DNA of 64,000 nucleotides from Syntrophorhabdaceae bacterium (GTDB taxonomy: Bacteria > Desulfobacterota > Syntrophorhabdia > Syntrophorhabdales > Syntrophorhabdaceae): the NCBI GenBank assembly GCA_963665295.1, contig OY762209.1:32001-96000 (forward strand), read 5' to 3'. Shown here in pieces: positions 59,685 through 64,000 of this stretch (within the stretch, counting starts at the first letter, position 1; each line of letters begins with the position of its first letter). Below the pieces are notes generated by a model that was not told the origin of the DNA, searched no databases, and worked only from the letters and a program-made list of their open reading frames with translations. A program made the translations under genes and the position numbers.

Positions 59685-59820
59685 TAATACTATACGCTTA
59701 TTACTTTAGCTTGTTTGCCATAGACCTGTCAAGTTGCTCGATTACGTCACACTTTTTTACTGATTAAATTCCGTTGGTTAGGCTTCGTGATCTCTTTTTA
59801 CATACCGAACGGTCATTTTC
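59685..59820. promoter_or_regulatory. TetR-type operator/promoter module, copy 3 (tetR / ubiX divergon)
   Basis: TAATACTATACGCTTATTA, minus-strand TTGACA at 59727-59732, CATACCGAACGGTCATTTTC. Confidence 0.7.
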
Positions 59821-59979
59821 TTATTGACTATCGGGAATCAGTAATATAACATGGAATAGAGTCATACCGATACCCTGAAACCTGTTTTTTCCATTGAAAA
59901 AAGGGTGGACAGGCAGCGCGAAACGACGGGCAGGGTAATGGGATGTCGGCCACGAGGCCGTAAATAATGAGGAGGAGCA

Positions 59980-60153
59980 ATGGCTACGGTGGATATTTGC
60001 ATCTATGACAAGTTCAAGGACATGGTGGAAGACCAGGGAGGCCTGGAGATCATCCGCGACCTCGCACCAGGCACGGATCAATACCGTTCGGTATACCACG
60101 TCGCGAAGGGCGGCAAAGAGCGCATCCGTAAGGTCGCGGGAGGTGTGGAATGA
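59980..60153 (+). CDS. 57-aa protein resembling the N-terminal part of phenylphosphate carboxylase gamma subunit
   Basis: MATVDICIYDKFKDMVEDQGGLEIIRDLAPGTDQYRSVYHVAKGGKERIRKVAGGVE; RBS GAGGAGGAG; ATGA overlap with ubiX; family call from recalled IRDLxPG..Y motif. Confidence 0.55.
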   Translation: MATVDICIYDKFKDMVEDQGGLEIIRDLAPGTDQYRSVYHVAKGGKERIRKVAGGVE

Positions 60154-60743
60154 GCGGCATTATTGTCGGCATATCAGGGGCCACGGGGCTGATCTACGGC
60201 GTGCGCGCACTGGAGGCTTTGCGCGCCTGCGGTATGGAGAGCCATCTCGTGGTAACGCAATCGGCCGCGCGAATCCTCGCGATGGAGACGGAATACACCA
60301 TCGATTACGTAAGGTCCCTCGCTACCTGTGTCCACGACGTGGACAACGTGGGCGCCTCTCTCGCGAGCGGCTCCTTTAAAGTCGACGGCATGGCCATCAT
60401 GCCGTGCTCGATAAAATCCCTCTCCGCCGTGGCCAACTCCTTTGACTATAATCTCCTCGTCAGAGCCGCAGACGTGACCCTCAAGGAAAGAAGAAAGCTC
60501 GTTCTCCTGGTGAGGGAAACGCCCCTCCACGAAGGCCACCTCGAGCTCATGACCAGGGTCACCCGCATGGGCGGGATCATCCTGCCCCCTGCCCCCGCTT
60601 TCTACCACATGCCGAAGACCATCGACGACATCGTGAACCAGACGGTAGGCAAAGTGCTCGACCAGTTCGGGATCGACGCTCATCTCTTCAGGCGGTGGGG
60701 GCAGGCGGATGATACGCGTATCGCCAGGGCAGGGATAAAATGA
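60150..60743 (+). CDS. ubiX: Flavin prenyltransferase UbiX
   Basis: VGISGATG, ASGS, PCS, RAADVTLKERRKLVL..RETP, PAFY. Confidence 0.95.
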   Translation: MSGIIVGISGATGLIYGVRALEALRACGMESHLVVTQSAARILAMETEYTIDYVRSLATCVHDVDNVGASLASGSFKVDGMAIMPCSIKSLSAVANSFDYNLLVRAADVTLKERRKLVLLVRETPLHEGHLELMTRVTRMGGIILPPAPAFYHMPKTIDDIVNQTVGKVLDQFGIDAHLFRRWGQADDTRIARAGIK

Positions 60744-60833
60744 CGATGTCGGTCATGGTGGTCAGAGGCATGGGCAGTCTCTTCTTTGCTTTTCCACCGG
60801 ACCGTTCGTAAACTACTTAACGAGGAGGTTTTA

Positions 60834-61298
60834 ATGAGAAAAGTAGTATGCACCATGGTAGTGGCACTGGCGGTTGTCTTCGGCGCGGTAAGTCTTTTGC
60901 AGGCTGCTTCCCTCGATGATGCGAAGGCCCTTGCGGAGAAGGCGGCGGCATACATCAAGGCAAACGGAAGAGATAGGGGCATCGCAGAAGTGAACAACCC
61001 AAAAGGCCAGTTTGTAAAAGGCGACCTCTATGTCACGGTAACGGCTTTTGACGGACGGCTTCTGGCGCATCCCATGCAGCCCAAACTGGTCAATCTCGTA
61101 TCCGACCCCACACAGGTGAGGGATGCCACAGGGAAGCAGTTTGTTGTGGAAAACACCCAACTCGCCAAGACAAAGGGCAGCGGCTGGGTGACCTTTGCAT
61201 GGACGAATCCGGCGACGCAGAAAGCGCAGCCCGGAAAGTACTGGATTCAGAGAGTGGAAGGAATGGACATGTACACCATGTGCGGCGTTTTCCAATAA
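60834..61298 (+). CDS. Stand-alone periplasmic single Cache domain protein
   Basis: Signal peptide, GQFVKGDLYV, LAHP, D..GK.F, GSGWV...W.NP. Confidence 0.88.
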   Translation: MRKVVCTMVVALAVVFGAVSLLQAASLDDAKALAEKAAAYIKANGRDRGIAEVNNPKGQFVKGDLYVTVTAFDGRLLAHPMQPKLVNLVSDPTQVRDATGKQFVVENTQLAKTKGSGWVTFAWTNPATQKAQPGKYWIQRVEGMDMYTMCGVFQ

Positions 61299-61573
61299 CA
61301 GGCGGAGGAGCGCAGGCTCTCTTATGAAGGAAGGACGGCTTTTTCGATTATAGAAACAGCGGCTGCACCCGGATCTTTTGCATCAAAGGCGCCGGGGATG
61401 TGGAAGTCAGGGTTCCAGGAGACCGGCATGGCATTTTCAGCCTCGGGTCCTTCCTGGAGCCCGACGTTATGGGCACACGCAGACGCAGACAGGCCTGCAA
61501 CTCACAAAGGGCGGCAGGTCGTCTTGACGAAGGGGTCCATTTTAACATCCTGTCATCCATTCGAGGTTGGTCA

Positions 61574-62758
61574 ATGCGGGAAAAGCTCTGGTCGAAGCAA
61601 TTCACAGCCATTATCGCGTCAAGTTTATTGATGGCCTGGGCCTTCTTTGCGGTAATGCCGACACTACCCGTATACCTTCTCGAAACGCTGAAGATAAGTC
61701 ACCGCAACGTCGGCTTGGTAATGGCGGCTTTTTCTGTCTCGGCAATCCTTGTCCGTCCTGTTTCAGGCTATCTCATAGATAATTATCACAGGTCCCGGCT
61801 GCTGATTATCGCCCTTTCCCTGATGACCGTGGTATATGGCATTTATCCCCTGATCGGCACTGTTTCGGCACTGTGTTTTCTAAGGTTCGTACATGGCGCC
61901 CTATGGGGTATCTGCAACTCCTCGAGCGCCCCTATTGTTGCCGACATTGCGCCCCCCGCTCACATCGGTGAGGGGATCGGGATATATGCGGTAACGATCC
62001 CCATGGGAATGACCATCGGCCCCTGGTTCGGCCTCGAACTGTTGAAAAGCCACGGTCCCCACGGGATGTTTCTTGCGGCTTGCGGCGTTTCTCTCCTCTC
62101 CTTGCTGGGCGCCGTCCGCGCACGAACCCCCTTCAAGCCCGTGATCAGAAGGAGGTTCTCCTTCCCGCACCTGCTTCACAGGAAGGCCCTCCCCATCTCC
62201 TTTTGCATGTTCTTTGTTATGATTGCCTACGGCGCGATAATCGTCTTCGTGGGTGTTTACGCCACACAAAAGAATTTCACCAACGTGGCCACATTCTTTC
62301 TCTGTTTCGCCGCGGCCGTCTTTCTCTCCCGGCTCTTCTCCGGCAGACTATTCGACAAGGGTTATGTCTCTCACCTCATACTCGCCGGTCTCGCGCTCAC
62401 CGGTGCCGGTATGCTCTGGCTCGGATTTGCGATAAACCCGATGCAGTTCCTGGTGGCGGGCATGGTCAACGGCTTGGGTTTCGGAACACTCACGTCCACA
62501 TGCCAGACTGCCGTGAACAGCTTGGTCAAGCCGAACGAAAGGGGTGCGGCAAATGCCACCTACATGGTTTCTTACGATCTGGGGGCCGGAGTCGGCTCAC
62601 TCTTAATCGGGCTTCTCTCCGATAAGGTTTCCATCGGAGAGATCTACCGATATACCACGGTTCTGATCATACTGTCCGCAGGTATCTTTATGCTTAAAGC
62701 GATTCCCCATTACCATCGCAACAAGCCGGCTGCAGGAACCGGAGGAACGAGTGGCTGA
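61574..62758 (+). CDS. MFS transporter
   Basis: About 12 TM helices; RP.SG..ID, GEGIG, ERG.ANATY. Confidence 0.92.
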   Translation: MREKLWSKQFTAIIASSLLMAWAFFAVMPTLPVYLLETLKISHRNVGLVMAAFSVSAILVRPVSGYLIDNYHRSRLLIIALSLMTVVYGIYPLIGTVSALCFLRFVHGALWGICNSSSAPIVADIAPPAHIGEGIGIYAVTIPMGMTIGPWFGLELLKSHGPHGMFLAACGVSLLSLLGAVRARTPFKPVIRRRFSFPHLLHRKALPISFCMFFVMIAYGAIIVFVGVYATQKNFTNVATFFLCFAAAVFLSRLFSGRLFDKGYVSHLILAGLALTGAGMLWLGFAINPMQFLVAGMVNGLGFGTLTSTCQTAVNSLVKPNERGAANATYMVSYDLGAGVGSLLIGLLSDKVSIGEIYRYTTVLIILSAGIFMLKAIPHYHRNKPAAGTGGTSG

Positions 62759-62994
62759 AGAAAGAACCGGGCCCCACGCGAAGGCATTTCAACCAGGGCG
62801 GGTTCCGCGGGCAACCATACCTGCACGTTTTCGAATTTGTTCCGGCTTTATCCAGGGAGGATGTTGATGAAGGGGAACACTATCGGTTATAACTCAGGAT
62901 TCAGTCCATTGCGGAAAGCATCATCTTTGGTGGCGAAGGTTCCCCCATGGCGGCCCTCAGTGATCTTTCCAGGGAAGGAGGTGCGCGGACACAA

Positions 62995-64000
62995 ATGACC
63001 GTCCCGGATACAAGTGACTTCTTTTATGATGTTACGGTGAGGATATGCAGCAGCCTTCATCTCGAGGTGGCCATGACGAGGGCTGTACGATATATGGCGG
63101 ACTTCATGCCCCTCGACGAAATGTACGTATCGGTCTACAACAGGAATGATGGGGAGCATCGCGTGATCGCCCGGGCCACGCACCGCGAAGGCGAGCTTCT
63201 CAACCGCATCACCCGCGACATGCCGAAGCGTGTGCTGCAAGGCATAAGGGACTTTGACGAGCGGGTCGATAAGCAGCGCGCCCACATAGTCAATGATCCT
63301 CTGTCCGAGCTTCCCATGAGGTTTCTCTACCCCTTTGTCGAGTACGGTACATACTCCTGCCTCATGATGCCCCTGGCAGTGGAAGACTACCTCTTGGGTG
63401 TAGTCCTGCTTTTCGCTCACGGCCATGGCAAATATACCCGTGAACACGCCGGGTTGCTTGAAAAAGTCGCACAACCCTTTACCATCGCCCTTTCAAACAC
63501 CGTCGAGCACCTCGAACTCATGTATCTCAAAAGCCGGCTCGAAGACGAAAACCGCTGCCTGCGCAAGGAGCGCAGCGCAGCGAAGGAAATCGACATCATC
63601 GGAAAATTCAGTAGTCTTCGGTCAGTGATCGAGCTTGCCGAACTCGCGGCGCCCCTTACAAACCCCGTACTCCTTCTCGGCGAAACGGGCACGGGCAAGG
63701 AGGTCATCGCTCATGCCATTCACCGGATGTCGCCACGCAGGGACGAACCGCTGATCGCGGTAAATTGCGGCGCCATCTCACCCACCTTGCTCGACAGCGA
63801 GCTTTTCGGCCACGAAAAGGGTGCATTCACCGGCGCGACAGCACACAAACGGGGCTACTTCGAGCAAGCCCAGCATGGTACGATCTTTCTCGACGAGATA
63901 AGCGAACTACCGGCCGACGCGCAGGTACGCCTGCTGCGCGTCATTCAGGAAAAAGAGGTTCTCCGCGTCGGCGGAGAAAAGAGGATACCCCTCGATGTGA
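62995..64000 (+). CDS. GAF + sigma54 AAA activator (NifA/FhlA-like), runs off window end
   Basis: Manual translation [21 protein letters not shown]..., [29 protein letters not shown]. Confidence 0.9.
   Translation, partial: MTVPDTSDFFYDVTVRICSSLHLEVAMTRAVRYMADFMPLDEMYVSVYNRNDGEHRVIARATHREGELLNRITRDMPKRVLQGIRDFDERVDKQRAHIVNDPLSELPMRFLYPFVEYGTYSCLMMPLAVEDYLLGVVLLFAHGHGKYTREHAGLLEKVAQPFTIALSNTVEHLELMYLKSRLEDENRCLRKERSAAKEIDIIGKFSSLRSVIELAELAAPLTNPVLLLGETGTGKEVIAHAIHRMSPRRDEPLIAVNCGAISPTLLDSELFGHEKGAFTGATAHKRGYFEQAQHGTIFLDEISELPADAQVRLLRVIQEKEVLRVGGEKRIPLDV

Noticed and set aside
62867..62998. 43-codon ORF with RBS overlapping the sigma54 activator start
   Set aside because: No recognisable motif; cannot distinguish from chance.
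1..64000. CRISPR arrays, tRNA/rRNA, transposases, integrases, phage genes
   Set aside because: None recognised by eye or in the ORF track; a dedicated scan was not possible.

Overview
Gene-dense window of roughly mid-50s GC from an anaerobic bacterium. Gene content suggests a Desulfobacterota/Syntrophorhabdus-like aromatic degrader, but this is inference. Four blocks. (1) 1-6.7 kb, minus strand: metallocofactor-assembly operon (DUF134-NifX, Mrp, NifX, MBL hydrolase, DUF364, yqeB, XdhC, IscU-like) with a deletion scar of its paired P-loop ATPases. (2) 7-27 kb: accessory envelope/signalling region with a QseEGF/GlrKR-like sigma54 three-gene system and five sigma54 promoters, four in front of secreted or envelope proteins and one in front of an operon encoding an ATP-dead HATPase and a stand-alone copy of the regulator's HTH. 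It also holds an unannotated lipoprotein ORF with an in-frame UGA followed by a hairpin (candidate selenoprotein). (3) 27.5-37 kb: acyl-CoA metabolism cluster with two tandem unannotated desulforedoxin-like mini-genes. (4) 38-61 kb: a probably TetR-controlled anaerobic catabolic island (UbiD/UbiX, ETF, thiolase+DUF35, heteromeric acyl-CoA dehydrogenases, CoA transferase, M24, OYE, hydantoinase/Apc-like A/B, SphA channel) of unknown substrate. No rRNA, tRNA, CRISPR array or transposase was seen.
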